In this document: positions 52,233 through 64,000 of the stretch, piece after piece
Position numbering within the stretch: the first letter of the stretch is position 1
How the letters are laid out: each line of letters begins with the position of its first letter
Notes under the pieces: model-generated
Databases searched by the model: none
Told to the model about the DNA's origin: nothing
The model's input: only the letters and a program-made list of their open reading frames with translations
Assembly: GCA_951406725.2 (NCBI GenBank)
Contig: OX597825.1
Span: 12,648,001-12,712,000, forward strand
Length of the DNA: 64,000 bases
Reading direction: 5' to 3'
Source of the DNA: Octopus vulgaris
Lineage: Eukaryota
Position numbers and translations under genes: made by a program

Positions 52233-52794
52233 GGAAGCACAATATATTGATTAAAAAATTATGTTATGATGATATGCATTTCAAGGTAAACGGCAGAGTC
52301 TACAATGCTGGAAGCCTTCGAGGTTGAATTCCATATCCTTTGAAAGTTGTCGTTTTGTTTATTATGCTTCAAATAATCGTTTTATAATATTCATTTCATT
52401 TTGCAAGTGGTCAAGACTACCAGTTCGTACTTTAAATTTACATGAATTACAAATAGAATTATTCATATGTATACATCGTTCGGGCTTACCAGCAGATGGT
52501 TTTTATACCATTTTACATATATTCATGGAAAAGCTATTCATAAAAATGGCGAAACGTTGATGTCCATCGTGTCAGAATGGGACCTAGTGTGAGCTGTCTC
52601 ACTTTAACATCCGGTTCTATGTGAGAATCACCTCCACAGCGTCGAGCCGAGCCCAACGGTCAACTATTAAAGCGCATTCATTTTGTGTGTTTGATATTGT
52701 CTACAACACTCGAGTTGGTTCTAAAATTTGTATTTGAATAATTTCATAAACTATTTCTATATATAAAACTAAAAAGACTAGTCTTAGTTTGCAG

Positions 52795-53340
52795 AGAATT
52801 TACTGATGCGTTTGTAATCAGCCATGCTGTAAAGCAGGGTGCGTTCTTGTCCTTGAATTTTACTACGAGCTGTTCTTTATCTCGAGCTGTTCTTCACATC
52901 ATTAACATCAATCAACACGTGTACCAGAACAGATGGGAAGCTCTTGAACATCGCTGATCTTTGTGCCTCCACCAAAATCAGGGAAAGGTGTGTGAGGGAA
53001 CTGCTCTTGGAGACGACTCAGCACTCGTGGCTAGCAACAATACATTGTGGGCATATTTTTGTGTGCAGCCGACATGTTTGGTCTCAAGTTCGACACTTTA
53101 AAAAATTAAGCTGCTCCTCCGAACTTCACTATGATGATAAGATGGCAGGATCTTATTCCTGATGTTTCGTGCCTCGCAGGCGCAGTTAGTATGGAGACCC
53201 TCCTTACCCCATCGCAGCTGCGCTGGGCGGGATATGTTTGAACGATGAGATGAGTCAGGCTCCTTAAGGCAGTTTTCTATGCTGAACTGTGTCAGGGTAG
53301 GCGATGATGTGGTGGCCACAGGATGCAATAGAAAGATGTG
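52795..53340 (+). mobile_element. decayed RTE-clade LINE reverse transcriptase
   Basis: DAFVISHAVKQG, RTDGKLLNIADLCASTKIRERCVRELL, LRWAGYV and FYAELCQGRR. Confidence 0.8.
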
Positions 53341-54967
53341 CTGGAGAGACATATGAGAACTCAAGCATCAATTACTGAAGCGTCTTTCCAGACATATTGG
53401 AGGTCAATGCCCTGTGGCGCGATCCTCGTCACTGATCGCTGAAGCTCGTAATTCTGACCATTGAAAAACAACTGAGAGCATATGAATGAGCGGAGGAGTG
53501 CTGGTACGACTCCGTTGCGTCAAGCAGCTTCACCAGCAACAGATCTAAACCAGGCCTCGTAACCAATGTGCGAGACTGCCAGATGATTACTGAAGAAAAA
53601 AAATTCAACGTCGACCTATGTCAGACAGCCGAAGTGAAAGAAGATATACGAGAAAGAATGGTCACACCACATGTTATTCTGTCATATTTCCAGTTATACA
53701 TTAAAATATACACTTCGGTTCATTTATAATTATTATTTGCCTTTTTTTCTAAGAAACACTGGTCCCAATTATACAAGAAAATCTGTTATAAAATGGAATT
53801 TTATAAGACATCGTTTCTCATATTTTTTAATGACGAAGTTGAAACAACTTAGATAATAAAATAATGACTATGGTTTAACTGGCGGCGTTTGAATAAATAT
53901 TTTGGAGATCAGAGTTGAAACAAATAAATGGTTGTTTCACTTGCTGTCCTTATATAACTGTTCAGATGGAAATAGAGAACTCACCTACCTACGTTGAGTC
54001 GGTACAACTAAATACTGTTTCTCCAAGACATTTATAAAATATAAGACAGATGTGTTCCTAATACTTTATATAAAGAAATTCGAATTGATTTAGAAATTGT
54101 AGAAGGAAAGAATTTAGCTGAAAGAAGACTTTTACATTATGCAGCTTAAGAAAATTTGTAAATGATGTCTACTTACCAGATTTGTTTTAATGTTATTATG
54201 GTTGCTCAGCTCTGATTAAGAAGACTTATAATCAAAAACATATTCGTAAACATCCAACATTTTCGTTTAATAAAAACTACAATATTCGAATGTGTGATTC
54301 CGCTTTTATGGTTGTAGGGTATCATTAGAAAACGGTTTGCTTGCTATTCCTAGCAGTTCGAGTTGACCACGTACGTTTACTCATTGAATCCTTCAGTTGA
54401 CTGTTTTACTGCGTCCGAAATTAAGCGCAGCTTTAGAAACGAGGAAAACCAAGAACTATATATTCTTCTTTAACAGAGTCAAAGAAAGAATTTAGGTACT
54501 ATACTGTTAGATAGTAAGTTTCTCTAAATAATATGGAATATAATAAAGAACATTCATTGAAAAGTCATTAAGGAATCTAATGTCAGGCAGGACGAAAGGT
54601 TTGACAGGTCTACAACATCTATTGATAAATGCGAGCAGCCAACACAGTTCAAGACACAAAAGTTCTATTGATTCTTCGGTAAGTTCTGTTATTAGCTTTT
54701 CAGAAAGGATTTTTCAATGCGAAAACTTCAACCTACGCACGTAATAGATATTTTTTTTCTTTTACGTGATGAAAAGCAGATTATATGAGAGACACATAAT
54801 TCAACGTGTATATGTCTGTTTGGAAAAGGAGAAAAAAAATATGTGGCTGCATATGTCAGTGTGTGAGTGTGTGTGTGTGAGAGAGAGAGAGAGTGTGTGT
54901 ACATGTGTATGTGCGTGTTTCTGGGCGTTCATACCTATAGGCAATTACAAACACATTTGTGTGCATA

Positions 54968-55007
<40 letters not shown>

Positions 55008-55020
55008 CATACACACACAC

Positions 55021-55098
<78 letters not shown>

Positions 55099-55258
55099 GG
55101 TAAGCAACAGGTTGCTTAACCACATACCGAAAATTTAGAAATAGCAGTCAAAGACCGCTTATTTATATTTTCTACAAATATAACTCTACATGTAACATAT
55201 ATATGTAACTCACATATGTAAAAAGAAGGGAAAATAACGAAAACAAAGTCTTCGGTCA

Positions 55259-55318
55259 GTTACGGACACGTTTCTGGGTTAGAAGTATAAATAATTTCGT
55301 TCCCGTCTTCAGCGTAAC
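55259..55318 (-). ncRNA. type I hammerhead ribozyme-like motif (canonical core, GUC site)
   Basis: Minus strand reads GTTACG CTGAAGA cGGG-23nt-CCCa GAAA C gt G TC CGTAAC, with a perfect 6-bp stem I. Confidence 0.75.
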
Positions 55319-55536
55319 ATTCCATTAGATAGATTTGCAAATGTTATTTACATACCTCTTGCTTCCCGACCTCCGTCATCAGAGATAGCAGGAGATATTT
55401 ACCCTTAAATATATATATATATATATTTCGGAATGGTCATTTTGCCAGTTTAGCCAATAAAAACACATGCCCTCTATATTTGGTGTTATTTTGCTTCATT
55501 GTTATTTATTTTTTACATTAATCTTAATCTTATTTC

Positions 55537-55581
55537 GGCCAGAGTTCTTTCGTCACACTCCTGTGACCGCATCAGTGGTCC
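55537..55581 (-). ncRNA. hammerhead-like motif (A9C)
   Basis: Minus strand reads GGACCA CTGATGC G GTCACA-ggag-TGTGAC GAAA G aa C TC TGGCC. Confidence 0.6.
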
Positions 55582-56083
55582 TTCGTTTTCTTCTTTCTTA
55601 TTTGTGTCTCTCCTTACTAACCGTCAGCCATTTTGTATTTCTATTGTATGTCTTCATTTGCGCATGCTTATATCTCATAAAAAATCTTGCACAACAAATA
55701 TTTAAACGTATATATATATATAATTTTATACCTTTATTCGTTTCAGCTCAGAGGCTGTGGTCATGCTATGGCATCGCCAATGTTATTACCTTTCCAATAG
55801 CCATTCTGTAAGGATTAGCTTTTGGTGAAGGATTCAGTTTGATATTAGCGACCTCTTTTGAGTTTCTCGCCGTGGTGTAGGTTCATCTGAGATCCTAGGC
55901 TGTAGGAGGTCAGGTTGCTACTTATGCCTAATCCGTGTTGACCTCTAAGATGGGTTGGCAAAATATTGAATAGCCGTCACCACTTGAATCGCTACTGCAA
56001 ACTTCATGCTAACTCTATATGAGATAGGTGAAACCTTTGCCTCATTGGCAAAGTTTGGTGATATATATATATATATATATATA

Positions 56084-56480
56084 TCTTAATATATAAAAGT
56101 GAAGTTGTGTGTCTGTCTCCTACGATTTAGATTCCTAACTACTCCCACATTTTGCGGTGCAGTGTAACCAAAATCGGGTATCTTATAGTCGTGATTCATA
56201 TCGAGCCCTTCTGGGTGTTAGCGCGCGTCTATGATGAGTCTACGATTTAAAAAAAATTAACCATCATTTTTTCTCATTTTTAATGCATTTTTTTGGTAGT
56301 AACATATAAGGGAAGTAACTCTCTAAAAATGTATTATTAAATATCAGAACGTAAAAAGCTACAGTAATACCCCCCTTTGTGGTTAGCCATATTGAGATGG
56401 CCATTATACTTTACATCTCTAAAAATGCTTATATAATTATTTCCCTTACAAACCCGAGCAACGCCGGGCGATACTGCTAG
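56084..56480 (+). mobile_element. non-autonomous Helitron with a different 5' half but the same 3' end
   Basis: 5' TCTTAATATATAAAAG. The last roughly 65 nt are nearly identical to the 12027-12410 end, including the hairpin and CTAG. Inserted in (TA)n. Confidence 0.85.
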
Positions 56481-56511
<31 letters not shown>

Positions 56512-56784
56512 ATAATGTGTGTGTGACGAATGCATACTTGTACATTTTGGTGGTTACGTATATTTGCTGATATATATAAATTTATTTGTAAATCTCTAAG
56601 AAGAATAAGTCTGGCACTTTAAATGTATACAGGAAATTTAAAATATTTGCCTACTGTTTATATTCTTTGCCAACATTTTTCACAAAATAAGTTGGCGCAT
56701 CTGTAAACATCACAGCTTCCTTTCATACACGCCCTCCATTGCTAATTTTCAACGTGTTCTTAAACCTACAAGACACACAACGGA

Positions 56785-56831
<47 letters not shown>

Positions 56832-57425
56832 TATACATATTTATATATATGTATATGTATATACACACATACACACACGCACACAAATTCACTCATAAAT
56901 TCACATAGACGCAACGTAGAGATAGATAAATAGGCATACAAAGATATCCATAGTCATGGTATAACAGGAATGAGTGTTCCTTTAATTTCTCTTTTCCTCC
57001 CATATTTTGTGCAAAATATGCTTTCACTAAAACAGAAAAACGTCAAAATTATAAGAAAAATTACTTAGAAACGCCTGAATAAAAGAATCATTGAAACTTC
57101 ATTTTGAAACGTGAAGCTATACAAACATATTATTCGTAGTTTCTGTCGCGACGAAAGACGAATGATATGCCACACCCAGAATGTTTTAGAGAGGTCTCTT
57201 ATATATTATGTACAAGAAGGATAATGTCGCTCCAGCAGTCTGGATACTACCTTGACGTTTGATATTTCATAGAGATTATTGAGGAATGTTGTGGAAACAG
57301 AATAATAAAGAATTTATTAAATATGTTTTTAATACCAGCAATTATGTAGAGAGTAGGTATGGAATAAAATTCCGAATCAAATGATTTTGTATTGACGTGG
57401 CAAAAACCAGTTGTGTAAATTTGAT

Positions 57426-57637
57426 GAGCTGGTAGAATCGTTAGCATGTCGGGCGAATTGCTTCGCAGTATTTCGTCTGCGGTTACGTTCTGAGTTCAAA
57501 TACCGCCGGGATCGACTTTACCTCTCATCCTTTCGGGGTCGTTTAAATAAGTACCAGTTACGCACTGGGGTCAATATAAATCGACTTAATCCGTTTGTCC
57601 CCTCTGTGTTTAGCCCCTTGTGGGTAGTAAAGAAATA
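57426..57637 (+). mobile_element. SINE family B monomer
   Basis: TSD GTAAATTTGAT at 57415-57425 and 57638-57648. Confidence 0.88.
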
Positions 57638-57726
57638 GTAAATTTGATAGCGATTGAATGACTCAATCGTCCCCATCCTGGAAATAACCCCTAACTCCCC
57701 TCATATAACACAGTATCATATTAACA

Positions 57727-57799
<73 letters not shown>

Positions 57800-57822
57800 T
57801 TAGTAATAGTAACAGTTCTCGC

Positions 57823-58770
57823 TTTAAGATGTCACGTCTTTTGCATTTCAATTTCTAGGTCCTTATATTTACTTAATTTGTCGAATTCCTTTACAGATAC
57901 ATTTTCATCAGTGGGAGCACTTACATCTATTAGTCTACAAGTATTTTCTTCCCCGTTTGTAATAATTATGTCTGGTCGATTAGCTTGGATCATTCTGCCA
58001 ATGTTGACTCGAAAATCCTAGAGAATGGTAACAATTTTACCTTCAACGTTGAGTAATCAGGAGCGTTTATATTGTAGTGTTTACATATTTTGCAGTGTAA
58101 ACACTGTCCTACCCTATCGTGGCGATTCTGTATTTGACTGGGGTCAGCACATAGCATCCCGAGACGATATGATCTATTGTTTCTTCAAATGTGTCGTAAA
58201 ATCTGCATTTATGGTCTGAACCTTTCTGAAGAACGATAGCCTGGTAGATATTGTGAGCAAGCTTTGGTCCGGTGCCGCCAATAGGAAATCTTCAGTCTCA
58301 GCTTTCTGTTCTGAATTTCTCAGCCACTAATGGGTTGTTGCTTGATCTACATCAGCATTTCGATTTCGAAGTATATTTTGTCCAAGCACAGGCTTCTAGC
58401 TCCACCACTCTTCGACTTTGCCTTTCATCCTTTCGGGGTCCGATAAATTAAGTACCAGTTATGCACTGGGATCGATGTAATCGGCTTAATCTCCTTCAAT
58501 TTGTTTCTGCTTGTTATTTTATGTAGTCTGCTTGATGATGCGTTTTGCTAGTGTTCTGACAATGGTTTCAGGTTCTTCATCTCTTTCAGGGTTAATGCCA
58601 AGTTCCCTCGCAAATTTGAAAACTTCCTCGACAATGGAATGTAATTCTTTTTGCTGCTTTTATGTCTGCATATCAGCAGCAGCAGCGTCCAGTTTTCTGT
58701 ACTAGATAAGTACCCGTCCATTGCTATTGTGGAATTCTTAGTTCTACCTGCATCATCCGTCTTCCGCCAT
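57823..58770 (-). mobile_element. R4/Dong-like (RLE) retrotransposon C-terminal region, interrupted by a SINE-B fragment (about 58414-58495)
   Basis: Minus strand gives VDQATTH*WLRNSEQKAETEDFLLAAPDQSL, CRFYDTFEETIDHIVSGC (zinc knuckle) and IQANRPDIIITNGEENTCRLIDVSAPTDENVSVKEFDKLSKYKDLEIE (PD-D/ExK). Confidence 0.88.
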
Positions 58771-58800
58771 CCTTCTCATCACCATCATCATCATCATTAC

Positions 58801-58859
<59 letters not shown>

Positions 58860-58886
58860 ACATCATCATTATTATCATTATTATTA

Positions 58887-58942
<56 letters not shown>

Positions 58943-59329
58943 GCTAGCAGAATCCTTAGCTCCTCGCTGATATCGACTTTACCTTTTATCTTTTCGGGGG
59001 TCAATAAAATTAGTACCAGTTATACGCTGTTGTTTTGATATAATCGACTTTGCTTTTCATCCTATGTAGGTCGATAAAATTTGCACTAGTATATCTGTGG
59101 GATCGATCTACTCAACTCACTCGATCCCATCCTGAAGTTCTTGGCCTTGTGTCAAAATGGGAAAGCATCATTATCATTACTATTAACTTTATTTTTTACA
59201 GATGGTGTTTGGTACCAGTAAACATATTTATCTCAATGGAAATAATTAGGCAGAGATCAGATAGTTCTCAGACAAGAAGAATGACATGTGTCACAGTACG
59301 TGTAAGGTATATTATTATATCGATCTTGG

Positions 59330-59919
59330 TGGAGGCCCTGTGGATAGGGCAGCATACTCGTGGTCATAAGAACGCGGTTTCGATTCTCAGACCGGGCATT
59401 GAGCGTGTTTATTGAGTAAAAACACCTAAGCTCCATAAGGTTCCAGCAGCGGAGGGTCGTGAACCCCGCTGTAGTCTTTCACCACAACTTTCTCTCACTA
59501 TTTAAGGCGGCGAGCTGGCAGAAACGTTAGTTCGCCGGGCGAAATGCGGAGCCGTATTTCGTCTGACGTTACGTTCTGAGTTCAAATTCCGCCGATGTCG
59601 ACTTTACCTTTCATCCTTTCGGGGTTGATAAAATAAGTACCAGTTACGCTGTGGGTTCGATATAATCGGCTTAATCCGTCTGTCTGTCCTTGTTTGTCCT
59701 CTCTGAGTTTAGCCACTTCTGGGTAGTAAAGAAATAGGTATTTCGTCTGCCGTTACGTTCTGAGTTCAAATTCCGCCTAGGTCGACCTTGCTTTTCATCC
59801 TTTCTGGATTGATAAATTAAGTACCAGTGACGCACTGGGTTCGATATAATCTACTTAATCCGTTAGTCTGTCCTTGTTTGTCCTCCCTGTGTTTAGCCAC
59901 TTGTGGGCAGTAAAGAAAT
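59330..59919 (+). mobile_element. composite retroposon: SINE-C 5' part + SINE-B dimer
   Basis: The direct repeat AGGTATATTATTATATCGATCTTGG at 59305-59329 and 59920-59944 flanks the whole composite. Confidence 0.85.
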
Positions 59920-60553
59920 AGGTATATTATTATATCGATCTTGGAAGGATGGAAAGTAACCTTACTTCTGTGTTATTTGAAATGAGATCGTTTAGGAACA
60001 CCACAATGAATTTATCCAATGTTCTTGCGAAACTGCCAATCGACAGCCTAATAATAATAATGAAAAAAGAAAAAAACGCAATTAGGAATATGTATACTTA
60101 CTATCTGGTTCATGAGCTTGTGGAGATGCAATTAATTAAGTGGTGCCATGATGCTGTGTGATTCGATTCAGGTCAGCTCCCACGAGACAAACTGCAGAAT
60201 AAACAATAAAACTTTTTTAATTATTCAAGTCTATGAATTCAAATACATAATTATATATTTATATATAGGTATATATTGAAGCGCATATAATTGCAAGTGT
60301 GTGTGTGTATGTGTAGGGTTCTGTGTGTGTTTGTGTGTGTGTGTACGTATAGAATCTTTGAACTGTGGAGAATCGGTGTGCAAAGGTCTGACTCCATGCG
60401 AAGCAGATATAATTGTATATATAGTGACTTCGCAATTTTGTCTGACATCTAAATGCATTTGTCGTTTGTATAGTTTGGCCTTCTTAGTTATTGGGCTTCG
60501 TTCGTGCAAGGAACAGATGTTACTGGTAATGGAAATTAATAATTAGAATTAAT

Positions 60554-60972
60554 AAGGCGGCGAGCGGACAGAAAGGTTAGCACGCTGGGCGAAATGCTTA
60601 GCGGTATTTCGTCTGTTTTCATGTTCTGAGTTCAAATTCTGCCGAGGTCGACTTTGCCTTTCATCCTTTCAGAGTCGATAAATTAAGTACCGGTTATGCA
60701 CTGGGGTCGAAGTAATCGACTTAATACCTATGTCTGTCCTTGTTTGTCCTCTCTGTGTTTAGCCTCTTGTGGGTAATAAAGAAACAGGTATTTCGTCTGT
60801 TTCCATGTTCTGTGTTCAAATTCTGCCGAGGTCAACTTTGCCTTTCATCCTTTCGAGGTAGATTAAATAAGTACCAGTTATGCACTGAGGTCGATATAAT
60901 CGACTTAAAACGTTTATCGGTCCTTGTTTTTCCCCTCTATGAGTAGCCCCTTGTGGGTAGTAAAGAAATAAA
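60554..60972 (+). mobile_element. SINE family B dimer
   Basis: The second body starts at about 60787. Flanking AATTAGAAT(t/a)AAT at 60541-60553 and 60973-60985. Confidence 0.88.
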
Positions 60973-61149
60973 AATTAGAATAAATAAACAAGATCGCATC
61001 TATTTTCGTCCATAGGAATATATACGAGTAAGGGAAAGAGATGAAAAAGAGGAAGGGATGTAGATGGAGAAGAGGAAAGGGAGAAGCTGAGGAGAAAGAG
61101 AAAATAGAGGCTAAATTTTATCATTGATCTTTTACATTTTTCACTCATT

Positions 61150-61505
61150 AGTATGCGCCCTTGCTGGGGCAACGCCTTTTAATCGAGTGAATCGACCCCA
61201 GTACTTAAGTTTTTAAAACCTGGTACTTATTCAATCAGCTACTTTTTCAGAACAGCTATGTTACGAGGACGTAAATAGACAAGCACCGGCTGTCAACCGA
61301 TGGTGGGAGACAAACATAGACACGAACATACACACACATAGATATGTAGATACATATATACGATAGGATTCTTTCAGTTTCCGGCTACCCATTCCACTCA
61401 AGGACTTGGTCGGCATCAGGATATAGTAGAAGACACTTGCCCAAGGTGCAATGTAGTGGAACTCAACCCGGGTGGGTGTAATTGCGAAGCAAACTTCTTA
61501 CCATA
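61150..61505 (-). mobile_element. diverged SINE family A
   Basis: aatcgaccccagtac...ttctttcagtttccg...gaagacacttgcccaaggtgc. Confidence 0.75.
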
Positions 61506-61770
61506 CAGAGAGCCCTAAAGCTATGGAAATGATAAAGACCTTTGCACAGCGACTCTTCGCAGTTCAAAGATTATATATATTATTTGATACACGCAGACAT
61601 AGATGTTAATCAAAGCGCTATCATTGTAACCGCAAAGTTTCTGGTTTAGTGTCACGAATACCTTTTGAGTAAATTTTGAGTAAATTTTACTAGATGGAGA
61701 CTATATGGACGCCTATCGTATGTGTGTGTTTGTCTACGTTTATGCGTGTGGTAATAGTCCTACGTAATAT

Positions 61771-61855
<85 letters not shown>

Positions 61856-62069
61856 GACAAGCGTTCTCATCCGTTCGTACTTATTGCACGTATCGCCTTG
61901 TATCGTTCTCTCCAGTTTGCTGTTCGGTCCGCTATTGACCGTGATGGTCCCCTCGGATGCTCTGTGAATCCTTGCACAGTTGTTTTATATCGGTTCGATG
62001 TTGTCTGTGAACATTTGCATACCCATGCTTCGCTTCCGAAAAAAGAACGTTGCTGATAATTTCATCAGT

Positions 62070-62345
62070 TATTTTCCAACAATGCCCAGCGATTCATATT
62101 TTTCTTTCTCTAATGACGTCTGCCAAAAGTTCTTTTGTAGGGTTTGGCTCTAGATGTCCAGAGCAGTTTGCAGCATTCTTGTATCAGTGACACCAGTTTT
62201 CTCCTCGAGTCTATATTCTATATCAATATAGCAAAATGATTGTAGAACGGCCTGAGACAAATTAACACAAGCCTGATGTGCTAGCGAGTCTGCCTGCTTT
62301 AAGCCTTATCTGTTCTTAATATCGGTCTCATATTCTGGTGGAGGT
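62070..62345 (-). mobile_element. possible decayed RTE-like LINE fragment
   Basis: Minus strand gives TRMLQTALDI and IAGHCW, resembling YTRMLRA.L...AGHCW. Confidence 0.4.
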
Positions 62346-62364
62346 CCAGCAAATTTAAGACTAG

Positions 62365-62530
62365 GAAGTCGATTACATCGATCCTAGTGTTTAACTGGTC
62401 GTAATTTACTGACACCTGAACGATAAAACACAAATTTGACCTTAGCAGAATTTCAATTCAGAAAAATGTGATGGACGAAATACCGCTAAGCATGTTGGCG
62501 CGCAAACCATTCTGGTAGCTCGCCGCCTCA
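62365..62530 (-). mobile_element. degenerate SINE family B
   Basis: gtcgattacatcgatcc.agtg...gacgaaataccgctaagcat...agctcgccgcct. Confidence 0.7.
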
Positions 62531-62628
62531 TTTGTTTTTCTTAGTATTATTTTCATCATTTTCTTATTGCCATTGCAAAGTAAACATTTTTCGTACACAC
62601 ACACACAAACACACTTGTATATGTATAA

Positions 62629-62718
<90 letters not shown>

Positions 62719-62737
62719 ATATATATATGTATGTATG

Positions 62738-62822
<85 letters not shown>

Positions 62823-62997
62823 ATGTATATATGTATGTATATATATATATATATATATATAAATATATATATATAAGTATTTCTTTGTTCCAGTAGTAGC
62901 TTTATTTATTTTTGTCTCCTTAAAACAATAGCTCTGCAACAAGTCACCAGTGATAGTATTGCCAGACATCAAATAAATAATGGCGTGGCGTCGAGTA

Positions 62998-63058
62998 TAC
63001 TCTTGAAGGTGATCATCCTGTATAGACGCAATCCAGTGACTGAAACATGTAGACGGTA
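62998..63058 (+). ncRNA. degenerate hammerhead-like motif
   Basis: TACTC TTGAAGG T GATCA...TGACT GAAA CATG TA GA. Stem III is palindromic, but the core has two changes. Confidence 0.35.
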
Positions 63059-64000
63059 CGAGAATAGACGATTTACACCCAGGCAGAAAGGTGCACATAC
63101 ATGATACGCACACATTCAGACATACATACATACATACATACATACATACATACATACATACATACATAGATATATATATATACATACACTCATACACTCA
63201 TACACGGTAACACATAAATACAATGATACATGCGTTCGTACGTTCGTACCTACGTACATACATTCACATGTATGTATATATATATATATATATATATATA
63301 CATAAGTTTATATTATATATATATATGTGTGCTTAGGCATAAGTATATATATATATATATATGTACATATATGTATATATATATCTGCGTACGTATTATA
63401 TTATGTGTATATATATATGTATATACATACATATATAAACACATATATATATATAAACATATACATATAAACATATATATATATATAAACATATACATAT
63501 ATCAATATTTGTCTATATATATATATACATATATACACCCACACACCCACACAAACGCAGACACACAAACATATACGCACAGGCATACACACATATATAT
63601 ATGTATGTGTGTATAACCACATTATTATTCGCATGCTGCACGTAATCTAACCATGGTATTTAAATAAAGGAATACACCGGGTACAGATGCGAAGCCATGC
63701 TGCGCTGCTATAATTTTAAGTGCAGATCATTACACGCAAACCAGGGAATGATGGAGGTTAGCAAACGCATAATATTTCGTGGTAGGTAGAAATCTTGGTG
63801 GTGTCGATGTCTTTCTGTTTCTTAATGGGAGTTATATTGTTAACTATAAAACAAAATAAAATGGCGATGGTTGCAATAATACTGACTTCCAATGCGGTAA
63901 TTTTACAAGATTAAGAATTGCATTTGGCTGCAGAACTGTCATAACGAATTATGTAGAGATTTCAGGTATGGACCTATACTTACGATATATATACAGCGTG

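Overview
This window is AT-rich, microsatellite-dense eukaryotic non-coding DNA. The repeat content suggests a coleoid cephalopod, probably Octopus (inference). I cannot support any host protein-coding gene, and nearly all listed ORFs are simple-repeat or SINE artefacts. The window is a mosaic of tRNA-type SINE families (called A-D here, plus related tail families E and F), non-autonomous Helitrons, and decayed Tc1/mariner, RTE, CR1/L2-like, R4/Dong-like and Penelope-like (PLE) fragments. Four observations stand out. (1) About a dozen minimal type I hammerhead-ribozyme-like motifs sit in short, often inverted-repeat, PLE-terminal-repeat-like elements, including apparent G3-C8 and U3-A8 core covariants and an 11-nt insertion variant. 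(2) A 5.8S rRNA-SINE chimera was retrotransposed as one unit with a 14-bp target site duplication (TSD). (3) SINE-B dimers and composites lie inside single TSD pairs, with GGTA microhomology at the junctions. (4) A 12-copy minisatellite appears to have been born from a SINE junction. All coordinates and alignments were read by eye.
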